From the NCBI GenBank assembly GCA_903913885.1, contig CAIWMX010000125.1:71461-135460 (forward strand): a stretch of 64,000 nucleotides of DNA, given 5' to 3'. The position numbers were made by a program, and so were the translations under genes. Below the pieces are notes generated by a model, which was not told the DNA's origin, searched no databases, and saw nothing but the letters and a program-made list of their open reading frames with translations. Source of the DNA: an uncultured Bacteroidales bacterium (GTDB taxonomy: Bacteria; Bacteroidota; Bacteroidia; Bacteroidales; FEN-979). Positions 26,062 to 36,203 of the stretch are shown here, one piece after another (position 1 is the stretch's first letter; each line of letters opens with the position of its first letter).

Positions 26062-29000
26062 ATGACCACAACATATATTCCAGGCAATATTTATCACGGG
26101 TTCCGGCTTGCCGAACAGCGCTTTGTGAAGGAGTTGCATGCCGACTGCTTCTATTTCCACCATGTAAAAAGCGGTGCCCGCCTGGTAAAGATCGCCTGCG
26201 ACGATGCCAACAAGACCTTCAGCATCGGGTTTAAAACCTTCCCCGAATCCGACAATGGGGCCCCGCACATCATGGAACATTCGGTACTCAACGGATCCAA
26301 AGGATTCCCCGTGAAAAGCCCCTTCGATGTGCTGCTCAAAGGCTCGCTGAGCACCTTTCTCAATGCGTTTACTTCCAAGGATTATACGATGTACCCGGTT
26401 GCAAGCATGAACGACAGGGATTATTTCAACCTGATGCATGTATACCTGGACGCAGTGTTCAACCCGCTGATCTATGATGATCCGAGGATCCTTCAACAGG
26501 AGGGATGGCATTATGAACTGACCAACAGGAATGAGCCGCTGAATTACACCGGCGTCGTCTATAACGAGATGAAAGGGTCTTTCTCCAACCCGCAACGTGA
26601 ATTGTGGTACCAGGTTTTCAAACACCTGTTCCCCGACAACGCCTATGGCTTTGAATCAGGCGGTACACCCGAAGCAATCCCGACCCTCACCCGCGACTCA
26701 TTTATGCAATTTCACCGTAAAAACTACCATCCTGAGAATAGCTATATTTTCCTTTATGGGAATGCCGATGCCGGCCAGGAAATGGAGTTCATCGATTCAG
26801 CCTACCTTTCAAAGTATGAAAAGACCGGGAATGCCATTACCATCGGGGACCAGCCTCCATTCACTGTCATGAAGGACATTACAGCTTTTTACCCGCTGAT
26901 GGAGGAGTCGGTTGTTGAAAACCAGACATTTCTGACTTATAATTTCGTGGCCGGCCACAATACCGACCTGGCCCTTTCGCTCGCACTCGATATCCTTTGC
27001 GAGGTGCTGGTCAACCAGGAATCCGGCCCGGTAAGACTGGCCCTGCTTGAGGCCGGTATCGGCCAGGATGTGTCGGCGTCATCCTCCAACTTCAACCAGC
27101 ATGCCGTGCAGATCGCGGCCATTAACGCCAACCCGGGTGATAAGCCCAAGTTCATGGAAGTGGTGACCACTACCCTTGAAAAAGTTGTTGCCGAAGGATT
27201 GAACAAGGAGGAAGTAGAAGGGGTGATCAACCGCATTGAATTCCGCCTGCGTGAAGGCGATGATGCCCAGAAAGGTTTGACCTACCTGAACATGACCCTT
27301 GCCGGGTGGTTCTTTGCCGATGATCCGCTTACCGGACTGGAGTACGAACTTGTGCTGGCAGAGGTAAAAAAAGGGCTGACCAGCGATTACTTCGAGAACA
27401 TCATCCGTACCTGGTTCCTCGGCAACCCTCATTCACTGCTTCTCAGCCTGGAACCCGCCCCGGGGATGGAAAAGGAACGCCAATCCCTGCTGGATGCCGA
27501 ACTTGCAAAACACAAATCTACCCTTGACGATGAGGCCATTACCGCGCTGATCAGTCAGACCGAAGCACTCATTGCCTACCAGCAACGGGAAGACACACCT
27601 GAAGCGCTGGCATCGGTACCCATGCTTGCCCTCGGCGACATCGAGCCAAAGTCGGTCTATTACACGATCGATGAACAAAATATCTCCGGGATTCCGGTGC
27701 TGGCCCACGAGGAATTTACCAATGATGTGGTGTATGTAAACCTGTTTTTCGACCTGCGGGTCCTGCCTCAGGAGATGATCCCATATGCATCGCTCCTGTC
27801 GCACGTGATAGGAAGCATGAACACGAAGAATTATTCATTCGGGGAACTCAACAAGATGCTGAACATCCATACAGGCGGGTTCTTCACATCGCTCCGGACC
27901 TATCTGGTAAAATCAGACGACAACCAGATGATCCCCAAGTTTGTTGTTACTTCCAAGGCGATTAACCACAAGGTTGGCAAACTCTTTGAGTTGGGTGAGG
28001 AGATCCTTGATAACACCCTGTTCGACGATGTAGAACGGTTGAAAACAGTGTTACTTCGTCATCATTCGCAACTCGATGCCCAGGTGAAGGGCAGCGGGTA
28101 CCATGTGGCAAGCCGCCGGTTTTCTTCCTACATCAGCAATTACGGGATGTTCAATGAACTTACGGGCGGCCTCTCCTACTACTGGTTTGTATCTGATCTT
28201 GTCAGGAATTTTGACACCGCTGCCCCCACGATCTGTGCCAGCCTGCAAAAGGCTGCTGCCTTGCTTTTCACATGGAACAACATGGTTTCGTCGGTTACCT
28301 GCGAAAAGCGCGACCACCTGGTATTCAGCAACGGGCTGAATTTTCTTGCCCGGCAGTTGCCTCAGGGCAGTACCGGGTACAACACCTGGAACTTTACCCT
28401 TGAAAAAAGCAATGAAGGGTTGCAGGCAGCTTCGAATGTACAATATGTTGTGAACGGGTATAATTTCAAGAAGCTTGGTTATACCTGGAGCGCCAAAATG
28501 CGTGTGCTGAACCAGGTGCTTTCAACCGACTGGCTGCAAACCCGGATCCGGGTGATCGGCGGTGCTTATGGCGGGTTTAGTTCCATTTCGCCGTCGGGGA
28601 ATTTTACCTTCAATTCGTACCGTGATCCCAACCTGGGAGCCACCCTTGAAAATTACCGGAATACAGCAGGGTATCTCGGTTCGTTCGATGCAGATGAAAA
28701 GCTCATGAGCCGGTATATAATCGGAACCATTTCAGAGATGGATTCCCCACTCACTCCTTCACAAAAAGGCGACCAGGCTGTGAGCATGTTTTTCTCAAGG
28801 CGCACTGCCGAAGAGGTTCAGCATGACCGGGAAGATGTGCTTTCGACCACGCCGCAGGATATCCGGGGCTTTACACAACTGGTGACCGATATTTTAAGCC
28901 AGGATGCCTTGTGTGTATATGGCAATGCCGACCGGCTTGCCTCGGAACAAACCTTGTTTCGTTCGCTCGTGAAGGTCGACGGTTCCGACCACCCTGACGG

Positions 29001-29079
29001 GGTGGTGGACCCTGACGGGGTGGTGGACCCTGACGGGGTGGTGGACCCTGACAGGGTGGTGGACCCTGACAGGGTGTAA
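26062..29079 (+). CDS. M16C (PreP/insulinase-like) zinc metallopeptidase with repeat-encoded C-terminal tail
   Basis: 1005 aa. Inverted zinc motif HIMEH (HxxEH) in ...GAPHIMEHSVLNGS. Size and layout fit the PreP-like M16C family. The last roughly 30 aa (HPDGVVDPDGVVDPDGVVDPDRVVDPDRV) are encoded by the 18-bp tandem repeat. Confidence 0.9.
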   Translation: MTTTYIPGNIYHGFRLAEQRFVKELHADCFYFHHVKSGARLVKIACDDANKTFSIGFKTFPESDNGAPHIMEHSVLNGSKGFPVKSPFDVLLKGSLSTFLNAFTSKDYTMYPVASMNDRDYFNLMHVYLDAVFNPLIYDDPRILQQEGWHYELTNRNEPLNYTGVVYNEMKGSFSNPQRELWYQVFKHLFPDNAYGFESGGTPEAIPTLTRDSFMQFHRKNYHPENSYIFLYGNADAGQEMEFIDSAYLSKYEKTGNAITIGDQPPFTVMKDITAFYPLMEESVVENQTFLTYNFVAGHNTDLALSLALDILCEVLVNQESGPVRLALLEAGIGQDVSASSSNFNQHAVQIAAINANPGDKPKFMEVVTTTLEKVVAEGLNKEEVEGVINRIEFRLREGDDAQKGLTYLNMTLAGWFFADDPLTGLEYELVLAEVKKGLTSDYFENIIRTWFLGNPHSLLLSLEPAPGMEKERQSLLDAELAKHKSTLDDEAITALISQTEALIAYQQREDTPEALASVPMLALGDIEPKSVYYTIDEQNISGIPVLAHEEFTNDVVYVNLFFDLRVLPQEMIPYASLLSHVIGSMNTKNYSFGELNKMLNIHTGGFFTSLRTYLVKSDDNQMIPKFVVTSKAINHKVGKLFELGEEILDNTLFDDVERLKTVLLRHHSQLDAQVKGSGYHVASRRFSSYISNYGMFNELTGGLSYYWFVSDLVRNFDTAAPTICASLQKAAALLFTWNNMVSSVTCEKRDHLVFSNGLNFLARQLPQGSTGYNTWNFTLEKSNEGLQAASNVQYVVNGYNFKKLGYTWSAKMRVLNQVLSTDWLQTRIRVIGGAYGGFSSISPSGNFTFNSYRDPNLGATLENYRNTAGYLGSFDADEKLMSRYIIGTISEMDSPLTPSQKGDQAVSMFFSRRTAEEVQHDREDVLSTTPQDIRGFTQLVTDILSQDALCVYGNADRLASEQTLFRSLVKVDGSDHPDGVVDPDGVVDPDGVVDPDRVVDPDRV
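28991..29076. repeat. 18-bp tandem repeat, 4.8 copies (accctgacggggtggtgg / accctgacagggtggtgg), within a CDS
   Basis: Same repeat family and orientation as 9868-10029. Read in frame as (DPDGVV)n/(DPDRVV)n. The stop TAA (29077-29079) follows the truncated fifth unit. Confidence 0.95.
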
Positions 29080-29097
29080 CTTATTAAAACGTTAACG

Positions 29098-29481
29098 ATG
29101 AATCTCTTTTCACTTACTGGTATTATCACCGTTCAAACAGCACTGGCCTGCTACAGCGTGGCCATTATCACCGAACAACGCAAACGGCTGATCAGCCCCA
29201 CCGTGCTGATCTTCCTCAGCCTTGGGGTGCTGCTTGATATAACAGCCACCGCCTTCATGATCCTTGGGTCGAGCCACGGCGCATTCACCCTGCACGGGAT
29301 CCTGGGATACTCCTCCCTGGCCGGGATGCTAACCGACGCAATCCTGATCTGGCGGTTTTACAAACGGAATGATCGCACCGTGAAAGTAACAAAAGGGATC
29401 CACTGGTATTCGCTCGGAGCATACCTGTGGTGGATCGCAGCCTACATCACCGGTGCGCTGCTGGTGGCACTCAGGTATTGA
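29098..29481 (+). CDS. small integral membrane protein (about 4 TM segments)
   Basis: 127 aa with four hydrophobic segments. Family not confidently recognised. Confidence 0.6.
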   Translation: MNLFSLTGIITVQTALACYSVAIITEQRKRLISPTVLIFLSLGVLLDITATAFMILGSSHGAFTLHGILGYSSLAGMLTDAILIWRFYKRNDRTVKVTKGIHWYSLGAYLWWIAAYITGALLVALRY

Positions 29482-29523
29482 CAAGTGCGGAAATTTCCTC
29501 TGTAAAAACGACAACCTAATTTC

Positions 29524-31581
29524 ATGCTGATGAGTAAAAGTTTTTTATACCTGTTCCTGGCTGTCCTCGTCGCCACAGCAGTATCGTGCAACCCCCAAAC
29601 CGAAAAAAATGGCGGAAAAAGCCCTGACCCGCTGGTTTCACACATTGATTCAACCGTGAAGCCCGGCGATGATTTTTTCTTGTTCGCAAACGGGAAATGG
29701 TTCAAAGAACATCCTATCCCTGCAAGCGAGCAGAGCAACGGGCTGTGGCAGCTCATCCAGGATACGATCAACAGCCAGGTTAAAAATATCTGTGTTTCCG
29801 CTTCAACGTCGGCCGGCAACCCGGCCGGAAGCAATAAACAAAAGATCGGCGATTTCTTCTTTACCGGCATGGACAGCGTTTCCCTCAACAAAACAGGGAT
29901 TTCACCGCTTAAATCGGATCTCGGCAGGATCGACGGCGTGAAAACCCTGCAGGATCTTGCCGTGGTCGCTGCATACATTCATTCCGTTTCAGGGTCTCCG
30001 CTGTGCAGTTTCGAAATCAGGCAGGATGACCGCATCAGCAGCAAGAACGCCGTGTTCATCAGCCAGGGCGGCCTCAGCCTCCCCAACCGCGACTACTATT
30101 TTGACAAAGACGCCCGGGCGGTTATGATCAGGGGCAAGTTCGTTGATCATCTTGCCGGCATGTTCAAAATCATGGGCTACGCCGATGCCGGTTCAAAACA
30201 GGCTGCCTCAAAAATCATGGAACTTGAAACCGCTCTTGCTGCAGGCTCCCGCAAACTGGCCGATACCCGCGACCCCCTGAAAAATTACAACAAGTTCCCG
30301 GTTGCCAGGCTGAAAGAACTGGCGCCCGGATTCGACTGGATGCGCTTCTTCGAAAGCGCCGGGTTGCAGAAAGTCGATACAGTCATTGTCGGTCAGCCGG
30401 AATTTTTAACCGCACTCAACAGCCAGTTAAAGGCCTTCCCGCTGGATGTCTGGAAAAATTACCTCAAATTTCATCTCATCCGTGGACTGGCGCGCTACAT
30501 GGATGATAAAACCTATCTTGAATCTTTCAGTTTCTATTCCACGACCTTGCGTGGCATTCCCGAACCAAAGCCGCGCTGGAAAAGGGTTGTCGAGCAAACA
30601 AACGGTTCTCTGGGCGAACTGATCGGCCAGATCTACGTCGACGAATACCTGCCGAAAGGAACCAAGGAAAAGCTGCAGGAAATCGGCAATTCCATAAAAA
30701 CCGTTTATGCCGAAAGGATCAAATCACTCGACTGGATGAGTGAAACCACCAAAGTCAAAGCGCTGAAAAAACTCGACGCCGTGATCATCAAAGTAGGTTA
30801 TCCCGACAAGTGGAAAGACATGAGTGCCCTGCAGATCGACCGTTCGTCGTATGTGCGCAACGCCATGAACACCAATAAATGGTGGTTCGGGTACATGATC
30901 GCCAAATACGGCAAACCGGTCGACCGCACCGAATGGGACATGGAACCCCAGACTTACAATGCTTACTACAATCCTTCAAACAACGAGATTGTCGTACCGG
31001 GCTCCAACATCATCGTTCCCGGGTTTGAACGCAAACTCGCCGACGACGCCATTCTTTATTCCGTGATCGGGGGATCGACCTTCGGGCATGAGATCACACA
31101 CGGCTTTGACGACCAGGGCAGTAAGTATGATGAAAAGGGCAACTTGTTCAACTGGTGGATTCCCAGCGACAGCGTGCAGTTTTATGCAAAAACGAAAATG
31201 ATCGTGAACCAGTTCAACGGTTTCATTGCTGTTGACAGCCTGCATGTGAACGGTGACCAGACGCAGGGCGAAAACATTGCCGACCTTGGCGGGATCGTGA
31301 TGGGGTACGAGGCGTTTGAGAAGACCAGCCAGTATAAAAACCAGGAGATCATCGCCGGGCTGAACCCCGACAGACGCTTCTTTTTAGGCTATGCCCTGGC
31401 ATGGATGATCAATGATCGTCCCGAGGGGATTGCAAACCAGGTTCGCAGTGACGTACATTCCCCTGCTAAATTCAGGGTGCTCGGCCCGCTGGCCAATATG
31501 CCTGAATTTTTCAACGCATTCGGCATTAAAAAAGGCGATGCCATGTGGAAACCCGCTAACCAGCTGGTTAAGATCTGGTAG
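29524..31581 (+). CDS. M13-family (neprilysin/PepO-like) zinc metalloendopeptidase, lipoprotein
   Basis: 685 aa. Signal peptide plus lipobox (LVATAVSC). HEITHGFDD (HExxH) and GENIADLGG motifs are typical of M13. C-terminal ...KPANQLVKIW. Confidence 0.9.
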   Translation: MLMSKSFLYLFLAVLVATAVSCNPQTEKNGGKSPDPLVSHIDSTVKPGDDFFLFANGKWFKEHPIPASEQSNGLWQLIQDTINSQVKNICVSASTSAGNPAGSNKQKIGDFFFTGMDSVSLNKTGISPLKSDLGRIDGVKTLQDLAVVAAYIHSVSGSPLCSFEIRQDDRISSKNAVFISQGGLSLPNRDYYFDKDARAVMIRGKFVDHLAGMFKIMGYADAGSKQAASKIMELETALAAGSRKLADTRDPLKNYNKFPVARLKELAPGFDWMRFFESAGLQKVDTVIVGQPEFLTALNSQLKAFPLDVWKNYLKFHLIRGLARYMDDKTYLESFSFYSTTLRGIPEPKPRWKRVVEQTNGSLGELIGQIYVDEYLPKGTKEKLQEIGNSIKTVYAERIKSLDWMSETTKVKALKKLDAVIIKVGYPDKWKDMSALQIDRSSYVRNAMNTNKWWFGYMIAKYGKPVDRTEWDMEPQTYNAYYNPSNNEIVVPGSNIIVPGFERKLADDAILYSVIGGSTFGHEITHGFDDQGSKYDEKGNLFNWWIPSDSVQFYAKTKMIVNQFNGFIAVDSLHVNGDQTQGENIADLGGIVMGYEAFEKTSQYKNQEIIAGLNPDRRFFLGYALAWMINDRPEGIANQVRSDVHSPAKFRVLGPLANMPEFFNAFGIKKGDAMWKPANQLVKIW

Positions 31582-32749
31582 GACTGGAGTAAAATGCTTT
31601 AGCGAGATCCCGCAGGTTGTAACGCGACGCCATGGTTTGTCCGTAAGCGCCCACTGACCTTATTGCCAGCAGGTCCCCGCGGTTCGTTAACGGCAATGTG
31701 ACTGCCTTCCCGAAACAGTCGGACGATTCGCAGATCGGACCTACCACATCATATTTTTCGGGTTTCTCCCCGGAGGTCAGGTTCTCTATCCTGTGATAAC
31801 TTTGATAGAGGGCCGGGCGGATGAGGTCGTTCATCCCGGCATCGACAATGGCAAAACGGGTGCTGATCCCCTTTTTAACAAAGAGAACCTTCGTGATCAG
31901 GCTGCCGCACTGGCCTACCAGGGCACGCCCCGGCTCAAAATGGAGCTGCTGGTTTCCCTGGAGTTCGATAAAATCGCTGAAAATCCTGAAATAGGAAGAA
32001 AAATCAGGAATCCCGTTCCTGTCAGGATCCCTGTAATCGATCCCCAGCCCCCCGCCAACATTGATGATCTCCGGGAAAACCTGGTTGGTCATGAACCAGC
32101 CATTGATGTCGTTGACACGGTGGCAAAGGCTTTTAAACACATCCAGGTCGGTAATCTGGGAGCCGATGTGAAAGTGAAGCCCCTTCAACCTGAGGTTCCC
32201 CAGGGTTTTCAGCTTCTCCAGCACCTCGTCAAAATCCCAGGGCAAAATCCCGAACTTGTTCTCCTCCAGTCCTGTGGTGATGTACCGGTGGGTGCGGGCA
32301 TCCACGTTGGGGATGATCCGCAGCGAAATATCCGCCGTGAGCCCCATGGCCCCGGCCAGTGCGTTGATGACCTCCATTTCCTGGCGCGACTCCACGTTGA
32401 TGCTTTGAATCCGCAATTGTAACGCCAGTGTGATCTCATCATCCGACTTTCCCACCCCGGAAAACATGATGCGGCCGGGGTTAAACCCATTCGTGAGGGC
32501 TGCCTTGATCTCGTTTCCGCTTACACAGTCGGCGCCATAACCCGTGCTGCTGATCATGGCGAGTATTTCGGGATTGGAGTTGGCCTTCAGCGCGTAGTGA
32601 AGCAGATAACCGTATTTTTCGGCTTCCTTTGAACATTCCGACAGCGTTGCCGCGAGCAACTCCATGTCGTAATAGTAGAATGGGGTTGGAATTGTCCGGA
32701 ATAGGCTGATGGTTTCTTCCTTGAACATGGGCGGGGATTCGGGGATCAA
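31568..32749 (-). CDS. lysA: diaminopimelate decarboxylase
   Basis: 393 aa. YALKANSN (PLP lysine), HFHIGSQ, NVGGGLGI and the CESSD motif (GPICESSDCFG). Adjacent and co-oriented with aspartate kinase, with a 4-nt overlap. Confidence 0.9.
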   Translation of the reverse strand: MIPESPPMFKEETISLFRTIPTPFYYYDMELLAATLSECSKEAEKYGYLLHYALKANSNPEILAMISSTGYGADCVSGNEIKAALTNGFNPGRIMFSGVGKSDDEITLALQLRIQSINVESRQEMEVINALAGAMGLTADISLRIIPNVDARTHRYITTGLEENKFGILPWDFDEVLEKLKTLGNLRLKGLHFHIGSQITDLDVFKSLCHRVNDINGWFMTNQVFPEIINVGGGLGIDYRDPDRNGIPDFSSYFRIFSDFIELQGNQQLHFEPGRALVGQCGSLITKVLFVKKGISTRFAIVDAGMNDLIRPALYQSYHRIENLTSGEKPEKYDVVGPICESSDCFGKAVTLPLTNRGDLLAIRSVGAYGQTMASRYNLRDLAKAFYSSPTRS

Positions 32750-34065
32750 TGGCTGAAAAGATGGGAACTGAGCGCATTCAGCGCCTGTTTCTTAAATGCC
32801 GACGGGATGAGGATCGAGATGTTGTTCTGGCTTCCGCCATAAGAGATCATCCGGATGGGAATGCCCTCCAGCGCTTTGAACAAGCCGGCGGCAATGTTGG
32901 TTTCGGAGGAAATTCCTTCCCCGACGGCGCATACGATGGTCTGGTCATGATCCACCTCCACCGTGCCATAATGCTGAAGGTCGCCGGTAACCTGGGTTAG
33001 ATGGGTGAGGTCGTCAATGGTCACCGAAACGCTGATCTCCGAGGTGGTGATCATATCGATCGGCGTTTTGTAAAGTTCGAATATCTCGAATACCTTGCGC
33101 ATGAAACCATAGGCAAGCAGCATCCTGCCCGATTTTACCCGGATGGCGGTAATGCCGTCTTTGGCGGCGATCGCCTTGACCCCTTTACCGGCGGGCTTGT
33201 CGGAGATGGTTGTTCCTGTGGCGCCCGGGTCCAGGGTGTTTTTGATGATCACCGGGATGCCCGCGACTTTGGCAGGGAGAATGGTTGAAGGATGCAGTAT
33301 CTTGGCACCGAAGTAGGCGAGCTCGGCGGCTTCGTCGAATGAAAGTTCGGCAATCGGATGCGTTTGCTCTACAAACCGCGGGTCGTTGTCGTGGAACCCG
33401 TCAATGTCGGTCCAGATTACGATGGTGGAAGCATCCACTGCCGAACCGATGAGCGAGGCTGAATAATCGCTTCCGCCGCGTCGGAGGTTATCGATTTCGC
33501 CATAGGCATTGCGGCAGATGAACCCCTGGGTAATGAACAGCCTGTTATCCGGGTATTTATCGGTTTCGCGTTGGATGTTCTCCCGGATATAATACTGGTC
33601 GGGCTCCTGTTCGCGGTCGATGCGCATGAAATTCAGCGCAGGCAGCAGCACTGAAGGGATATTCCGTTCTTCAAGATGGAACTGGAACAGGGCCGTTGAA
33701 ATAAGCTCTCCCTGGGCAAGCACGCATTTTACCTCGTTGGCGGTGAAGAGGTCCTGCGTAAATGAGTCCAGATACCTGAAATGGTTCCGGATCATTTCTG
33801 CCCCCTTATCCATGTATTCGCTGGTTTCAAACAAATCCGACACCACCTGTTCGTAGCGTTTCTCAAGCAGGTTTATCTTTTCACGAGCCTCGTCCGGGTT
33901 GTTATTTCTCAGGCTGCCGGCAATTTCCACCAGGCTGTTGGTGGTTCCCGACATGGCCGACAGCACGACGACCATGGGCTCATCAAGCCCGGCAACCAAT
34001 GCCGCAACCGACCTGATCCGTTCCGGGGACCCTACGGAGGTTCCCCCAAATTTCATGATTTTCAT
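32746..34065 (-). CDS. lysC: aspartate kinase
   Basis: MKIMKFGGTSVGSPERI... is the canonical KFGGTSV start. C-terminal ACT-like regulatory region. Start set at the internal M (34065); the track ORF extends to 34095. Confidence 0.9.
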   Translation of the reverse strand: MKIMKFGGTSVGSPERIRSVAALVAGLDEPMVVVLSAMSGTTNSLVEIAGSLRNNNPDEAREKINLLEKRYEQVVSDLFETSEYMDKGAEMIRNHFRYLDSFTQDLFTANEVKCVLAQGELISTALFQFHLEERNIPSVLLPALNFMRIDREQEPDQYYIRENIQRETDKYPDNRLFITQGFICRNAYGEIDNLRRGGSDYSASLIGSAVDASTIVIWTDIDGFHDNDPRFVEQTHPIAELSFDEAAELAYFGAKILHPSTILPAKVAGIPVIIKNTLDPGATGTTISDKPAGKGVKAIAAKDGITAIRVKSGRMLLAYGFMRKVFEIFELYKTPIDMITTSEISVSVTIDDLTHLTQVTGDLQHYGTVEVDHDQTIVCAVGEGISSETNIAAGLFKALEGIPIRMISYGGSQNNISILIPSAFKKQALNALSSHLFSH

Positions 34066-34163
34066 CTCAGGATAAACTAAATTAAAAGGATGCAAAGGTA
34101 CGATTCGAAGCTTTACCCCGGTTCAAAATCAGACACGGTGATTGCAATCTCAACCAGTCGCAG

Positions 34164-34171
34164 TATATTTG
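34164..34171 (+). promoter_or_regulatory. Bacteroidota-type -7 box (TATATTTG) with -33-like ATTG
   Basis: TAnnTTTG match 22 nt upstream of the ATG at 34194. TTG at 34142-34144 gives a 19-nt spacer. Confidence 0.45.
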
Positions 34172-34193
34172 TTCATCATAAAAGCTGCTTCCC

Positions 34194-36203
34194 ATGAAAA
34201 AACAGGTTCTCCTTGCCTGCATCTTCCTTGCATTCTTACTTCCCTCCCATCCGCAGAATATGGAACCCGGAGGTAAACCCGACATGAAAAATTCACGGAT
34301 CTACCGCGATTCCCGGCCATGGACACGCTGGTGGTGGTTTGCATCCGTGATCGACAGGGCATCGGTAACGGATAACCTGGTATGGCTGAAAAACAATGGG
34401 TTTGGCGGGGTTGAAATTGCCTGGGTGTACCCGCTCAACCGGATGAAAAAAGATACGGTAAATTACACCCCGAGGCAGGAGTGGCTCAGCCCCGAATGGT
34501 CAGCCATGGTTGCCGCTGCCAAGCAAAGCGCCGACAGTCTCGGGCTGGGGTGCGACTTTACCTTCGGCTCGCTGTGGCCCTTTGGCGATACGAAAGTCCC
34601 CTTCAGCGAGGCCACTATGAACATGACCGACTCGACCTGGCGGCAGGACATGACTGCTTCGTGGGAATATCCTAAAAAAGGATATATCATCGATCACCTC
34701 AACAGGAAAGCCTTTTATAATTATGCCTCGCGAACCGGCGATGCGCTGAAACCGGCCCTAAAGGGCTCGATGTCGGGGCTCTTTTGCGATTCATGGGAGG
34801 TTGAAACCAAATTCCTTTCGACACCGGGTTTTACAGAGAAATTTCAAAAACGCTACAGCTATTCCATTTCAGGTTATAGGGACAGTCTTTATTCAAACAA
34901 AGAGCCCTGGCGCAGTGTCCGTTACGATTACATGAAACTCCTCTCCGAATATGTGATCGAAGAATTTTACAAACCCTTTACCCAAAAAAGCCACGAACTT
35001 GGCGCCTATTCCCGGGCACAGTGCGCAGGCGCTCCCTGCGACATCATTTCATCGTATGCCGCTGTCGACGTACCCGAAACCGAAGCGCTGCTGTATGAAC
35101 CCGCTTATGCCAACATTGTGGCTTCTGCTGCCGGGCTTACCGGGAAAACAGTGGTAAGTTCTGAAACCTTCACCTGCCTCTATGGCTGGCCGCGCATCCA
35201 TCATTCGGAAGAACAGACCGCCGACCTGAAACTGGTCGCCGATGCGCTCTTTGCCAACGGAGTAAACCAGGTGATCTGGCACGGAAAACCATTTAACCCG
35301 GCCGGGCAGGATACCGTAAAGTTCTATGCCTCGGTGCATGTGGGGAAAAGCGGTTCGCTGGCCGAAGAGATCCCCGCATTCAACAAGTATATGGAAAAGG
35401 TATCCGCTTACATGAAAAAGGGAACTATTTATTCAGATGTGGCTGTTTACCTGCCCAACGAAGACCGGTGGATCGCCGGGGAACTGCCCGTTGAGAAGCA
35501 GTTCATTTGGGCCTGGGGAGAATATGAACATCGATACACTTACCTGCCCGACGAACTCAAAGCCTTCCGCCCGCTATGGATCAATGCTGATTTCCTTAAA
35601 AAAGCAACTGTTCGGGATGGCCGTCTCATCGCCGGCGACTTTTCCTTTTCTGCACTCTATGTTGATGTGAAGTACATGGATGCAGATGCGCTCAAACGCA
35701 TCGGCGAACTTGCAGAACAGGGCCTTCCCGTATGCCTGAAACAGGATCCCGCGGAACCAGGGTTGCATAAGTCAAAAAGCCGGTACCAGCTTCTCACGGA
35801 AAAATTGAAACGATCAGGGAATGTTAAAGCATCCTGGAAAGAGATGGTAAAAGTCACCTCTTTCATAACCGGAACTGAAAAATTCGACTACTGGTGCAGG
35901 AAAACGGAGGAAGGGCTGTATATCTTCTTTGCAAACCCGCGATCGCAGCATCTCACCTTCCCCCTGGAATATGGCCAGTCGTTGAATGACAAAGCGGAGA
36001 GTTACCACATCACGATCAATTATCACGGGGCCGCTGTTCCCGCCGACCTACAATTCAATCCCTATCAATCGCTGCTGTTAAAGCTGGATAATCAAAACAA
36101 GATCTCCTTTATTGACATCACCTTTAACCCCAAAATTCCTGTTTATAAACCCAGGATCAAAAACGGGAAAGAAAGGTGGGAAGTTGACCCCGGCTCAAAA
36201 TAA
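34194..36203 (+). CDS. secreted glycoside-hydrolase-like protein (GH106-like 'glycosyl hydrolase' family, tentative)
   Basis: 669 aa with signal peptide. The N-terminal RPWTRWWWFASVIDRASVTDNLVWLKNNGFGGVEIAWVYP pattern is what I recall from Bacteroidota proteins annotated as glycosyl hydrolase / alpha-L-rhamnosidase-like. Assigned from memory only. Confidence 0.5.
   Translation: MKKQVLLACIFLAFLLPSHPQNMEPGGKPDMKNSRIYRDSRPWTRWWWFASVIDRASVTDNLVWLKNNGFGGVEIAWVYPLNRMKKDTVNYTPRQEWLSPEWSAMVAAAKQSADSLGLGCDFTFGSLWPFGDTKVPFSEATMNMTDSTWRQDMTASWEYPKKGYIIDHLNRKAFYNYASRTGDALKPALKGSMSGLFCDSWEVETKFLSTPGFTEKFQKRYSYSISGYRDSLYSNKEPWRSVRYDYMKLLSEYVIEEFYKPFTQKSHELGAYSRAQCAGAPCDIISSYAAVDVPETEALLYEPAYANIVASAAGLTGKTVVSSETFTCLYGWPRIHHSEEQTADLKLVADALFANGVNQVIWHGKPFNPAGQDTVKFYASVHVGKSGSLAEEIPAFNKYMEKVSAYMKKGTIYSDVAVYLPNEDRWIAGELPVEKQFIWAWGEYEHRYTYLPDELKAFRPLWINADFLKKATVRDGRLIAGDFSFSALYVDVKYMDADALKRIGELAEQGLPVCLKQDPAEPGLHKSKSRYQLLTEKLKRSGNVKASWKEMVKVTSFITGTEKFDYWCRKTEEGLYIFFANPRSQHLTFPLEYGQSLNDKAESYHITINYHGAAVPADLQFNPYQSLLLKLDNQNKISFIDITFNPKIPVYKPRIKNGKERWEVDPGSK

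Noticed and set aside
26041-26625. 194-aa minus-strand ORF, and similar antisense ORFs at 17643..18218, 20052..20630, 23111..23659 and 31793..32422
   Set aside because: Each lies opposite a CDS with strong family motifs (M16 HxxEH, AraC HTH, PLP decarboxylase, M23, LysA). None has motifs of its own.
34066-34193. Lysine riboswitch (L-box) upstream of lysC
   Set aside because: The leader is only about 100-130 nt and is shared with a divergent promoter, which is too short for an L-box. I saw no conserved L-box helices.
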